Source: Paraphysomonas bandaiensis
Lineage: Eukaryota > Protista > Chrysophyceae
DNA length: 64,000 nt
NCBI GenBank assembly: GCA_965644295.1
Contig: CBFFRP010000217.1
Span: 1-64,000, forward strand
Reading direction: 5' to 3'
Of this stretch, positions 25,101 through 35,537 are shown piece by piece. The position numbers and the translations under genes were made by a program. Numbering within the stretch: the stretch's first letter is position 1; each line of letters begins with the position of its first letter. The notes under the pieces are model-generated. The model was not told the DNA's origin and did no database searches. It saw nothing but the letters and a program-made list of their open reading frames with translations.

Positions 25101-26458
25101 TCACCGGTAGGGAGACCAGTCGGTTCTCCTGATGGTTGACTACTAGGATTACCAGTTGGTTGGCTTGTTGGTACGTTGCTCGGTACTCCGGTTGGCTGAC
25201 CACTGGGTTGACCTGTTGGCTCGCCACTTGGCTCACCGGTAGGGAGACCAGTCGGTTCACCTGATGGCTGACTACTAGGATTTCCAGTTGGTTGGCTTGT
25301 TGGTACGTTGCTGGGCACTCCACTTGGCTGACCAGTGGGTATTCCGGTTGGCTGACCACTGGGTTGTCCTGTGGGTTGACCTGTCGGCTGTCCTGATGGT
25401 TGACTACTAGGATTACCAGTTGGTTGGCTTGTTGGTACGTTGCTGGGTACTCCAGTTGGCTGACCACTGGGTATAGAACTCGGCTGACCACTGGGTTGAC
25501 CTGTTGGTTCGCCACTTGGCTCACCGGTAGGGAGACCAGTCGGTTCTCCTGATGGTTGACTACTAGGATTACCAGTTGGTTGGCTTGTTGGTACGTTGCT
25601 CGGTACTCCGGTTGGCTGACCACTGGGTTGACCTGTTGGCTCGCCACTTGGCTCACCGGTAGGGAGACCAGTCGGTTCACCTGATGGCTGACTACTAGGA
25701 TTTCCAGTTGGTTGGCTTGTTGGTACGTTGCTGGGCACTCCACTTGGCTGACCAGTGGGTATTCCGGTTGGCTGACCACTGGGTTGTCCTGTGGGTTGAC
25801 CTGTCGGCTGTCCTGATGGTTGACTACTAGGATTACCAGTTGGTTGGCTTGTTGGTACGTTGCTGGGTACTCCAGTTGGCTGACCACTGGGTATAGAACT
25901 CGGTTGACCACTGGGTTGTCCTGTGGGTTGACCTGTTGGTTCGCCACTTGGCTGACTCGTAGGGAGACCCGTCGGCTGTCCTGTTGGTTGGCTTGTTGGT
26001 ATGCAACTTGGCTGACCGGTAGGGAGGCTGCTAGGATTACCAGTTGGTTGACTTGTTGGTATATTACTTGGTTCTCCACTAGGCTGTCCAGTTGGGAGAC
26101 CCGTGGGTTGTCCTGTAGGTACGCCGCTAGGATAACCAGTTGGCTGTCCTGTCGGTTGCCATGTTGGCTGGCTGCTAGGCTGACTTGTTGGTATGTTGGT
26201 TGGATTTCCAGTGGGTTGACTTGTCGGTTGACCGGTGGGTTGCCCTGTTGGTAGGGTGCTGGGATCTGCAGTAGGCTGACCAGTTGGTAGCTCTGTTGGC
26301 AGTCCAGAAGGCTGACCACTTGGCTCAGATGACGGAAATTCACTTGGAACGCTGGTAGGCGCAACTGTCGAATATACACAGCGGGGCGATCTTAGGCACA
26401 CACCCAATACAAGAGAAACCAATACAGAAAAGCGCATACTTAAATAGTAATGTACCAC
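19181..26458 (-). CDS. Giant cell-surface protein: signal peptide, ~1250-aa PT/PSGQ repeat stalk, extracellular domain, multi-pass TM C-terminus
   Basis: 2425-aa ORF. Likely start MRFSVLVSLVLGVCL (ATG ~26437). Tetrapeptide P[ST]xx repeats at 22670-26370 and several hydrophobic helices in the C-terminal half. Confidence 0.85.
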   Translation of the reverse strand: MVHYYLSMRFSVLVSLVLGVCLRSPRCVYSTVAPTSVPSEFPSSEPSGQPSGLPTELPTGQPTADPSTLPTGQPTGQPTSQPTGNPTNIPTSQPSSQPTWQPTGQPTGYPSGVPTGQPTGLPTGQPSGEPSNIPTSQPTGNPSSLPTGQPSCIPTSQPTGQPTGLPTSQPSGEPTGQPTGQPSGQPSSIPSGQPTGVPSNVPTSQPTGNPSSQPSGQPTGQPTGQPSGQPTGIPTGQPSGVPSNVPTSQPTGNPSSQPSGEPTGLPTGEPSGEPTGQPSGQPTGVPSNVPTSQPTGNPSSQPSGEPTGLPTGEPSGEPTGQPSGQPSSIPSGQPTGVPSNVPTSQPTGNPSSQPSGQPTGQPTGQPSGQPTGIPTGQPSGVPSNVPTSQPTGNPSSQPSGEPTGLPTGEPSGEPTGQPSGQPTGVPSNVPTSQPTGNPSSQPSGEPTGLPTGEPSGEPTGQPSGQPTGIPTGQPSGVPSNVPTSQPTGNPSSQPSGEPTGLPTSQPSREPTGQPTSRPSGQPTGVPSNVPTSQPSGEPTGLPTSQPSGEPTGQPSGQPTGNPSSQPSGRPTGVPTSQPSGEPTGQPSGQPTGVPSNVPTSQPSGEPTGLPTSQPSGEPTGQPSGQPTGNPSSQPSGEPTGVPTSQPSGEPTGLPSGQPTGQPSGQPTGIPSGQPTGAPSNVPTSRPSGEPTGLPTSQPSGEPTGQPSGQPTGVPSNVPTSQPSGEPTGLPTGEPSGEPTGQPSGQPTGVPSNVPTSQPTGNPSSQPSGEPTGVPTSQPSGEPTSQPTGQPTGIPSGQPTGAPSNVPTSQPSGEPTGLPTSQPSGEPTGQPSGQPTGVPSNVPTSQPTGIPSSQPSGEPTGLPTSQPSGEPTGQPSGQPTGQPSGQPTGVPSNVPTSQPSGEPTGLPTGEPSGEPTGQPSGLPTGVPSSVPTSQPTENPSSQPSGEPTGFPTSQPSGEPTSQPTGQPTGQPSGQPTGQPSGQPTGVPSRVPTSQPTGNPSSQPSGEPTGLPTGEPSGEPTGQPSGQPTGVPSNVPTSQPSGQPTGLPTSQPSGEPTGQPSGQPTGVPSNVPTSQPTGNPSSQPSGRPTGPPSGQPTGDPSSKPTGQPTGQPSNVPTGKPTGEPSSVPTGQPTNRPSCQPSGVPTCQPTQHPTSQPSSIPSGEPTVQPTGQPSGLPSTLPSGRPSGIPSLIPSGNPSCIPSSLPSSQPTCIPSSEPSGVPSLIPSGEPTIQPTSQPSSFPSSTPSSLPSCVPSSQPSGTPSSSPTSAPTLQQQVLMTYSASIVVVGVTSETFAAESKNLFRSVIASHITTNKRQLHGRDITIDDVQDVAVKIRRLQEDTYSVEQSSYASRAVYLGIKVRWTISFILENYGYFGYSGREDVTESITTDLQAATDNGSLTTAMRELLGTYSILVPPEFSVNSFEMDTRGVEIAVLKSYSPTSEPTRTAQFMTSAPPRVIQLSIGIFVGVSVAVYMTCSIFNGLRVSEKSMATNVDMIISSKSLEPHIITSRCNNSNCEGERVCRACTSEHLSISTALKNIQLCLPEVLRVQTSVDFFSSSIFLCSHLLTRVFYNNPRGISQSGVLSLLFQGVTVFCALTVILLFTQDAASIFHINVSCCYDMFVITYFTSLVLCPLFVNADRIILWSSVTSFSGFSNVHSDSKVDMYPSRQQMWIADVEKGSFSGDVRSSENSDRILVAKTPILEEVRQLQNEIKEFRENLVTDVVGNVVAATMYDELFGGSLKFTDENIYTANGIFCAPLHENVTSLFDRAWCVCGEDKIKPVSSSIFAVEDSVSPSVHSSNVGVGTFDALIQSITIQRGGLVRHDDCGVINDSHPVQLLIKDLTRSRHVYDKEMKKCIGSDPCRKYSSLSDCDLNNIGQAVLRLFIFDVLPISSTRVISSLYKRQHYFLAKPSFSFPLFLLSQVALVAYIGGLTTVVVIFSTRLDREKQHTVLWCFLIWIISAVSVVQPLVIWIKNYAFSRTLTRDVRHVSSWLRSNLKRTAANNCKMSEACSSQSAGKDLSSAPCALSKWTNPDMNTRNVMILGDIASFPRWALRKRIGSQSLSRTVGNYLREKLDHDSNVFHDEVSRPVSLNAASYFFASNRMASRFSHLLESQVVLSFTTPWPRRIYGNPQQYDRGIVRKLCGNSYIYPAQWHYFHFASSLTSAFVSGGIREYFAEYVFMKVSILTGLVCEFSVTVQDIIVEVSVWILVGSTLLLHYHLANVNVLYVVAPALCVFTICSVFMRHTCRPWETQNSWCQRYLSSRIHVDEDLDCSLDYDMAKLFKGSCCKSEMKEDMVGTNDCKSNRITDGSPDNLRKSYEGNIDTTDIPVPYTPAIGVNHIKSDLESNNDIQKTRHEKLVSEIPDASLLLHREIQKEVMKQLSLHFSGQIVDFNDRHDNRRRLPPLLRIDANDRISSTEVVKKLR

Positions 26459-26737
26459 TGCATAAAATTATCTAACATGATTAGCGATTATCGACTTCAA
26501 TGATGACGAAGTCACACTATTTTATAACCCTGGCAACAGGATATACGTCCAGTCACCCTTGTGGTACAAGTAGCCCTCTCTTTAATAAGAATGTTGCAGA
26601 CAAACAGATATAATCAGCTTCTTGCACCTCGCAACTCTTGCTAAACCAAATCAGAATGCTTTGTTGGACTGATTCAATTTTGCATGACCTCGACAGCCAC
26701 CTGTGCAATGTATAGTTTATACAGCAGCGGGTCTCTG

Positions 26738-27047
26738 AGTATCCTACTCGATTATGTGGATACAGCTGTTTTGATATCATCAGAGTAGCCTACGAACAGG
26801 GGAGGGTATACTGTACCCTATACCTATACTGGTATATGTCAATTAGTATGAAATTCGTAGTAAGTAGACCTGAAATTCGTTTTTTTCTGAATTCCCAAAT
26901 CAAAAATCCTAATTTTTCGTGGAGGTTCATTATGATAATGGATTCCAGAATTCTAATTGACATATACTGTACAGTATACCCTCCCCTGTTCGTAGGCTAC
27001 TCTGATGATATCAAAACAGCTGTATTCCATTCCTACGACAGGATACT
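26738..27047. mobile_element. MITE-like foldback element
   Basis: 57-bp perfect inverted repeat (26760-26816 / 26969-27025), outer AGTATCCT/AGGATACT extension, 152-bp AT-rich spacer, non-coding. Confidence 0.7.
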
Positions 27048-27210
27048 ACAGGACAAAACAAACACCTTCAGACCATTTCTGTGTTGCAGTTGAAAGAACG
27101 GAGTCCACCTTCAATATCAACGCAGCGGAAGGGTCTCTGCATTGCAATAATAATGTACTCTGCATTGCCCACGCTTCGACAAGCAATATAGATTGTAAGC
27201 TACTGCTGTT

Positions 27211-28459
27211 ATGACTTCGTTTATGGATTTCTTCCAAGTAAAGCTTGGGTCGATCACGGAAGGTGAGGCTTTTCATGCTTTATTCACTTAACATCAGTCT
27301 TAAAACACAGGAAAGAAGGATCTCATTGACGTAAAGTCATCAAAACCTTTGTCAACTACACTAACAATGCTGTATGATAATGATATATCATTTCTGCCTG
27401 TGTATGAGGCACCGCAGAGTGATTCTGAAGTTGCATGTGAGTTTACGTTTTATCACCACTCTTATGTACTGAGATATGACTTAGATTGCTGTCAAGGAAG
27501 AGTATACTGTGGAATAGTATCAATCAAAGATATTATTCTATATATATTACAGAAGTCCAGTCTGTTTCTGTCTTCACCAGATAGTCATGAGAGCCTCATC
27601 AGTATACTACAGCATCCTATCAAAGTTGTGATAGGTATGTCTATTGAGTCTTCAATATTTATGGGGTTTTCGATTGACAAGGACAACACTCCTCTGTCGG
27701 AAGTGGTTGAAAAAATGAGTCAGGGGATGCATCGCTGTCTTGTGTTTAACAGCATTGATCACAACCGCTTTCCTCCTAAGGTTTTGACGCAGACAGATAT
27801 TGTGCAGTATTTTGTCAACAATGTGTCTGTGTTCCCTCAGATAGGGGTATGTGAGAAGCATTCCTTTATGTAACTATAAGAATAATGCTCTAGCGCTTTC
27901 AGGTAGCACTTGGACACACAGTGGGCTCTCAGACTCGTCTTGATAGACTAGTGTCAGTTCTTGAAGATTTCCCTCTAGTTAAGGCGTTGGAGAAGCTTCA
28001 GTATGTACCTGCTGTTGCTGTTGTGAATGAATGGGGTGAGTAACGTCTATTATATATTCCTAATTCGCAGAGTTCTTGATGATGATGACAGGTCAAGTTT
28101 TGGCAAACTTATCAGCTTCAGACTTTCGACGAGATATGAAAGCAAAGAATAGTAACCCTTTTGACTGTATGCACACCTTATCAGTCCGAGATTTTCTTTC
28201 AATACCTAATCCTGATGGTAGTAGCGTGTACAAGCCAGAAAATGTGGCCGTTTGTGTATCTTGTGATGCTACACTGTTGTCTTGTGCGGAGTATATGGTT
28301 TCGCATCACGTGCACAGGGTGTGGGTAGTAGCCCCACCAGATGACTCCGGCCTGGATAGACTAGGTGTCGGGTGCGTTTCCCACACAGATATCATCCGGA
28401 TTGTCAATGACTTTGCTGGAGTTTTTACAGCGGGGATGCCAGGTGAATTTGTCATGTAA
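27211..28459 (+). CDS. CBS-domain protein (AMPK-gamma/SNF4/Sds23-like), multi-exon
   Basis: CBS motifs ISFLPV, GIVSIKDII, MHRCLV..VLTQTDIVQY, ANLSASDFR, HVHRVWVV...VSHTDII; ORFs joined by short introns. Confidence 0.85.
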
Positions 28460-28611
28460 ATTTCGGAATCAAATTTGTTGGTCTGGAAGAGATGCCTATT
28501 ATATCACACTCAGTGGTGCCTATTTTGTCCACTGTAATGGTTTCAAAATGAACTAGGTACAAACGTAAGTACTACATATATGTATGTATACCTGCGGCAT
28601 AATAGTAGTAC

Positions 28612-28783
28612 TATGTGAGAATTCAACAGCATGTAATGCCACTATACAAGGGGACTATCGAAATTCTTTAATCATAATGCAGAAATGTTCTTAATTCATA
28701 TGAGAAGTCAACAGTGTGTAATGCCACTATACACAGCGACTATCGAAATCTTTAATCATAATGCAGAAATGTTCTTAATCATA
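28612..28783. repeat. Diverged tandem duplication (~85 bp x2)
   Basis: TGTAATGCCACTATACA...CTTTAATCATAATGCAGAAATGTTCTTAAT occurs twice in tandem. Confidence 0.85.
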
Positions 28784-30088
28784 TTATTAACACTCGAACT
28801 GTTAATTTTTGTGTGGGTAGAAACAGGTTATGCATTTATTGGATACTGCTGCTACTCTGTTTGCTCTTGTCAACACTAGCAGTATACTATCGCAGGTGTG
28901 CCACCAAAAGCATAATTGTAGCTGAATCTCGATTTCCACGAATCCAATGAATAGTCAACAATGATATTGTATATATATTTAGGTTTGTTAGATGTGAGAG
29001 ACTCAATGTCATTGTTACTCAAGTTTCACTTGTATTTAGTCAAAACGCAGCAATTCCACTCGATTGAATAAATCAAGTAGACTAGGGCAAAAACTTGAAT
29101 TGGGTACCGAGGAGTCATATACTCGTTATCCGTCGGTTAAGTTGTTGCTTATCCTCATGTTGTTGAAAATCTAATACATCTATAATGTATAGCTATTTGT
29201 AGCTTACTTGCTGTCAGAGGAAGTAAATGTTCCCTGATTGACATTAAGAAAACAAATGAAAAATCAAAATATTGTTTCTGTACTGTACATACATAGGCTT
29301 AGGAAATGGACATTGCACTAGATTAATAATAGCCACAACAACTGTACTCCAATCACAGATGAATGATGAAGAAAAGAGCAACTGCGCATAAATAAGATTA
29401 TGACTGAAAAAAAACGAGGTTTCTTGTTGTCATTGACATCATCATCACATTTGTAAACAACACGCTTAGCCTTTGCTAGTACAACTGACACGAATTCTGT
29501 GGCTATTGCATGAGTTTTGACATTTGATCTCTCCAGTATTGTGGCGAAGTCCTGGTAATAAATATAGTTCTCTTGTACTGACACCATTCTGAGTTTCTGC
29601 TTCAGACGAAGGATGGAATACAACTACGAGTGTTTGATGACCTGCTTTTGAATGTTGATTTGTCCTTGCGGTTTACCAAAAATAGTTTAATATGACTGAC
29701 AATATCATACTTAAGATAGAAGATAGTTTCTGTTCGAACCGAATTAACCCTAACCCTAATCTATATGAGCGTTCTATCAAACCTAATTCTGGTAAAAACA
29801 CTTGGTTTTAGACAAAATGGGATAATAGGTAAGGCAGTTGAGTGATCAGCTTACGTTCTGGATCTCATTCATGATAAGTTTTTGAACAAGTATATCAAAA
29901 AAATTATTGTTATCGTAAAGAGATTTTGAACGAATATCACAAGAAGCATGGGTCTAAACATACCACTACATCATTACCTAATAAGAGCCGCTACAGCCAC
30001 AATATAGTAGCAATGGAATCAACTTACTGTGTGAATACAAGTGTCACAGAGCTCAAGCGAAATTCAACACAACGACTACTACATACGA

Positions 30089-31526
30089 TTACTTAAACGG
30101 ATTACCCCCTGTGGAAGTAGGTTTCGCAGAGAAGGCTCTATTGGGGGCTCCTCTCGCCTTCAGTGCCTCTCTCTTCTTGAGAGCTGCCTCTCGATTTATC
30201 CGCTGAGCATTTGTCTCCCTCTGCACAATATAATCTATTACTAATTATGAGGCAGTGTAATTGCGTTACCATGACAGACGGTGTGGCAACAGCTTTGGTG
30301 AGGTCAGAAGTTGCCCCACCCATGGTTCGGCGTCTACGATTGTTCTGAATCACTGCTGAGGCAGCTGAAGCGAATTTTTTGCGTCCCATTCCAGGAGATA
30401 AGGAGACCCTCCCGGCTGAAGCCCGAAGAGTGGTATTCGTGTTCGGAGAAGAAGAGTCCATAGCACCATGGAATTTAGAAGATGGGAGAGGATATTCACG
30501 ACCATCTGTCTTCATACCACATTGCACGTCGGAAGGAACATGTTCTTCTGCAATTTCTTGTGCGGGCCGCGCGGGCTCTTCACCACTAAGTGGGATATCA
30601 GTGACATCATCTTTCTCATCTTGGATATCCTCTGTTACTGATTTCACACGTTCTGATGACTCTCTGCTTGAGACTGATCGATTAGAAGGTAATATCGAGT
30701 TAATCTCGTCAAGGGTCAGGGAATCGTCTGCTGAAACTGGAAGTGCAGAACTACCTTCCTCTTCCGGTGAAGCACCTATTTCATCTTTATCCCCATTGGA
30801 CATAGTTTCTTTATACTCATGAACCGCATCACTTACGGCAGTCTCCCCATTGACAGCGAGCTCTGTGAAATCTTGTGAGGCAGCACTGATCGCAGATAAG
30901 GATATATGTGTAACATCTGACTCGCTATTTGGCGGAAGCTCTGTTGTTGCTACGGTATTTTCAGCAATGTGGTCAGATGGAGAGCTACCACTGTGTTCAG
31001 ATTGAACACCCTCGCATGCATCAGCCTCAGGTTCAGCTTCACTCACAGAATTACAGTTTACCGAATCATCCAGCACTGAGGGTACCAAATTAGCATTGCT
31101 TGGTGCATCACTCTGGGCTTCGTCAATGCTATCATTACCTGTCAGGTGAACAGCGGTAAACTGTAGCTGTTCAGAAGTCTTATCAGATTCATCAATCGCT
31201 TTCAGCTCATCCGCAGCACAGTCAGATGTAACCAAAGTGTTTTCCGCAGGATGGGTCTCATCTTTTTCAGACTGACACTCTACTGTCGATGACAGACTAT
31301 TCTTTGAAACAAGTTTAGTGGATTTCTTCCTAGTGTCCGGGGAATTCGACGCAGATAAAGAGTCGACCGGCCCATCTCCCATTGATGAAGTTGACATTTG
31401 CCTGAGGAAGCTCATTATTCCGTTTTCTTCTTTGCTCGACTGGGGCCGTAAATTGTCATTTTCACAGTGATAGTCACCAGGCTGATTGGCGTCCCTCGAA
31501 CTATCCGTTGAATTAGAGCATCCCAT
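30089..31526 (-). CDS. Acidic low-complexity protein with N-terminal MGCxxS myristoylation/palmitoylation motif and basic C-terminus
   Basis: MGCSNS start. A 3' intron (~30222-30269) leads into RETNAQRINREAALKKREALKARG...GGNPFK*. Confidence 0.75.
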
Positions 31527-31916
31527 TGTGATATGGTATAGTGCTAATATATGTAGAATACGCAGAAAAAGTTAGCAGCTTAATAACGAAGAGTTCTAAC
31601 TGCGCACACTACCATCCAGTAGATAATTAATTCGATAGGACGTTAACTAGACACATGCAGCACGAAAATAATACAGCCTTCGAGACAATGACAACCTACC
31701 TAATACATTCGAAAAAATTATGAAATGTTGTCGGCAGAGAGTACACGATGATGACGGTGATGGGATTGTGTAATGCTGTGATGCTGCTCTCCGGTATAAA
31801 ATGCCGTTCACTGTCATGATCACAAACCACACCTTCGCTAAAACTCTTTTTTGTTTGTAGTTTGTAAAGGTACGACTTTACAGTAGGTAGATATGTATAT
31901 ATATGTACTACTGCTC

Positions 31917-31977
31917 TGTATGTATGTATGTATGTATGTATGTATGTATGTATGTATGTATGTATGTATGTATGTAT
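31917..31977. repeat. (TATG)n microsatellite, ~15 units, followed by degenerate GTAG/GTAT repeats
   Basis: Directly visible. Confidence 0.97.
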
Positions 31978-32146
31978 TACGTATGTACCCATGCATGGTG
32001 TATGCAAGTATGTAGGTAGGTAGGTACGTCGTAGGTACATGTAGGTAGATGGATACAGTAGATATGTATGTACTGCTGTATGTCAGTTTAGAACATTGGC
32101 AGAACATGGTGCAGAATTTCGACTCAGTGAATAGCAAATTGCAATC

Positions 32147-33040
32147 ATGGAGCAATCGCACGATACTAACACCAGACCTGGCTTCATTTCTGTTAAAGAA
32201 GCTTTGGATTTACACTCCAGCAACAACAGAGACGTGGTTTTCTTGGATGGATCTTTTAAGCGATCAGATTCGATTGACGGCAAGGAAGAATATATTCGGG
32301 AGCGAATACCGGGTGCTGTTTATTTCGACATCAAGGAGTTTTCGATGAAGGAGTGTCGATGTCCCCCGATGCTTCCTACCACCGAGGAATTTAATGAATC
32401 CGCCTCCGCTTTGGGCATATCGAACAGCTCTCGAATCGTTGTGTATGGAGGGGAAAAGGCATGCAGCATTGCTCGAGTGTGGTGGATGTTCAGATCATTC
32501 GGTCACGAGAACGTATGGGTTATGGAAGGAGGTCTGGAACGGTGGAAAGAAGCTGGGGGCCCAATTGCCAGCGGAGAACCAAGCCCCCTTCCACGTGGTG
32601 ACTTCCGCAGTTGTGGTTTACATGCCGCTATCCTTGCCACCAGAGAACAAGTGCTGGGGGTATGCGGTACAAATAATGATAGCTGTACTATTGTAGATGT
32701 CCGTCCTCCGTCTGCTTTTTCCAATGGCCGTATTAGTAAATCAGTCAACCTTCCACCGAGCAGTGTTCTCATAGAAGGTAATTTCACTGCATTTCAGCCA
32801 CCAGAAGTTATCAATAAGCGGCTGAGTGATATTGGAGTCACTGCAGGACAAAAAGTAATATTCAGTTGCAACTCCGGAGTGATGGCGTCGATTCTCATAC
32901 TGGCTAGGTACTCGGCTGGGGAAGACATTGACAACAGTGCTATGTATGATGGCAGCTACTCAGAGTGGGTGTTGTTCCCAGACATGCCGATAGACAATGA
33001 TTCTGAGGATGTAAAGTATGAAGGAAATAGTGAAGCATAA
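32147..33040 (+). CDS. MPST: 3-mercaptopyruvate/thiosulfate sulfurtransferase (two rhodanese domains)
   Basis: ERIPGAVYFDI, PPMLPT, ARVWWMFRSFGH, VMEGGLERW, active-site FSCNSGVMA, MYDGSYSEW. Confidence 0.92.
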   Translation: MEQSHDTNTRPGFISVKEALDLHSSNNRDVVFLDGSFKRSDSIDGKEEYIRERIPGAVYFDIKEFSMKECRCPPMLPTTEEFNESASALGISNSSRIVVYGGEKACSIARVWWMFRSFGHENVWVMEGGLERWKEAGGPIASGEPSPLPRGDFRSCGLHAAILATREQVLGVCGTNNDSCTIVDVRPPSAFSNGRISKSVNLPPSSVLIEGNFTAFQPPEVINKRLSDIGVTAGQKVIFSCNSGVMASILILARYSAGEDIDNSAMYDGSYSEWVLFPDMPIDNDSEDVKYEGNSEA

Positions 33041-33382
33041 TTACTATGTCATGCTGCTAAGAGTTCCAACGATTTATTATATATCATAGTCTGTGAATAA
33101 GATTTCTAGTGAATTGTAGAATCTATCTGTCACATCTAATAAACCTCAGTTGATAAATATGGTTTTAAAATTGCATATTTTTCTATCTGGCTTCACCATT
33201 TAATAGACAACAAAGTAAAAACGTTTGAGAATCAGGTGAATGGCACATAGTGTGTGAATGTTCCGCGGTTTATAGAGTACGAAAAAGAAATGCAACTTAA
33301 TGTAAACGTAATCTAGACATCTAGAATCTAGACGACAAGTTTGCTATCACGAAAATCAGTCATCCTACGTATCTAGAAGTAT

Positions 33383-33478
33383 CTACAAAACAGGGAGAGG
33401 GAAAGGCGAGAAGCCTCCTTGAGGGTTTAAAGGGTAAAAAATAAGGAAGGGTTAGGGTTCCCTCTCCCTGTTTTTTAG
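33383..33478. repeat. Short hairpin element with 17-bp perfect inverted repeat and G-rich loop
   Basis: AAAACAGGGAGAGGGAA (33387-33403) / TTCCCTCTCCCTGTTTT (33458-33474). Confidence 0.8.
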
Positions 33479-33871
33479 CTTGCGAAAACACATAGCTAAA
33501 CCAGAATAATGACATAATAGAGTATGTATTATCCGTAGCATAGAGTTTAACTGTATTCGTGATGTTAGTACTTATGCTGATATCAAACTACCCTATTTCC
33601 ACAAAATACTAAAGTCACATTGTAAGGTAATATCAACTTTGAGTTTTTTTTCTGCCTTTTCGTCACCTGAGTTAGAGTTTGCCTGATCAACACAAGTAAT
33701 TTGCAAATATGTGTTATTATTCATTAAACGATAAAATACTATGCTCCAGGTGCACCAGCATCTAAGATGTCCCCAGCAAACAGACTAGGCCGTGTATCTA
33801 CCATATCAGTGCCACCTATATAACACTACAAACACATATATACTCTATATGTAAGTATTCTCGGCGAGCAT

Positions 33872-35074
33872 TTAACCATAAAACGTATTTATTGAATCAG
33901 TGTTAGATTTGCTTCCAACGGGCTTCTGTTCACAGTATAAAAACACAGCAGCGGCTCGAAGTCCTTTTGTGACAGCAGATACACCATGCAATACATCTCC
34001 GCCATTAAACAGTGAGAGTACACCTGCAGTAGGCTCTGTAATCACATCCGGTTTATGACCTGCTATCTCTTTGCATGGGTTATGAGGGTCATACAGATCC
34101 ACAATAGCGCTCACGGCAGACACATTTTCTCTGTGCACAGTAGGAAACGTCACTCGTTCTCCACCCTCTTCGCAATCCTGGATACCGATTACGCCTAAAC
34201 ACATACCGGAGGAAGTTAATCATCGTTAACCATTAACGGCTATTAAAAGACCTGTTGCTCCTCGTGCATTCATATTCCCACATGCACGGCTATTCACTGC
34301 CGAACTGTCTATGGTGTCAAAATGAAAGCTGAGAGCAGTTCGCTTCCCTCCTAGTCGCATGCCCTCTGAAAATGCTGCGACTGGAAGCACTGTGTTTGGG
34401 CCTTCTGGTCGCATTATATTGACGGCTACACCTAGGTCAGAGAGGTATGGATGAAGTTGAGAGAAGCGCATGACGCCTTGCACAAACAATTTCAGGTGTG
34501 GTAAATGATAAATCCATTGCACCGCATCATCAGCGGCCATATGTCTCGAGGCGAGAGCGGTCATGTTCACATCCATGTAAAGATTTTTGCGCCCGTCATC
34601 AGCAGTAAAAGTTAAAACTTCACCTGGCGGATACACAGAACGTGGGATACCGTAGCGGTGGTTGCCACGTTCTTCAATACTTTCGGCCCATTGTGTAATG
34701 GTCTTAAGACATCCATCTTTCAGAAGCGGAACGTTGATACTCCCAGTCTCTTCATACTGCCTCGCGTAGAGGTTCACTTTCTCTTCCAGTGCAGTGTAAA
34801 AATCTTCTCGTATAAAATCTTCCATATGCCTCCTATAGCAACGCAAGTAGATATCCCACAGTACAGAGGACTCTCCACAGGCAGTAGCGACATCTTCACG
34901 TAGCTGCCAATCCTTTAAAGCACAGAATCCTCTCCATGCTCTGCTCTCATCTCTCATAAAGAGCGACGACAGTTGCTCCGGATTGAGGTCGTTGTCGAGG
35001 CTTAACTCATCAGGTTCAGCAATGATCACGTTATTCTCGTGCTCTCTCTGTCGGTTGAGATCTTCTCTATCCAT
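33872..35074 (-). CDS. 2OG-Fe(II) dioxygenase (HalD/BesD-fold-like, HxD...H triad), two exons
   Basis: VNIMRP...LSFHFD, then EEGGE...GVLSLFNGGDVLHGVSAV...RAAAVFLY; intron ~34196-34250. Confidence 0.7.
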
Positions 35075-35322
35075 ACTCCTCTTCTCTGAGTTGTTTTATG
35101 AGAGGATCTGTTCTGCAGAGGGTACCTCCAGGATATACAGTACAGAGTATACATAGCAGCCGCATACCGCACGCTACACCTAGCTGTAGCCTGTAGCGGC
35201 AGAACACGAGTGCGAATCAACTGTGTAGCATCAAAGCATACTGCTGTATACCGTCGTATATGAACTCTGTATTCGTATTCCTAGACGCCACTGCTGTCAC
35301 AGGTACGCTGTACGGCAGTGTA

Positions 35323-35493
35323 TACATACATACATACATACATACATACATACATACATACATACATACATACATACATACATACATACATACATACATA
35401 CATACATACATACATACATACATACATACATACATACATACATACATACATACATACATACATACATACATACATACATACATACATACATAC
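35323..35493. repeat. (TACA)n microsatellite, ~43 units
   Basis: Directly visible. Confidence 0.98.
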
Positions 35494-35537
35494 TTATAGA
35501 GGAGACTGCTGTGTTCCCACCTCACAATCTCCCAACC

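Noticed and set aside
22639-26379. 1246-aa Q/V/N-rich overlapping ORF
   Set aside because: Shadow frame of the PT repeats; stop-free because of repeat codon composition.
29318-29623. 101-aa ORF and small ORFs at 42.7-44.1 kb
   Set aside because: No recognisable motifs or splice structure; probably intergenic or decayed repeats.
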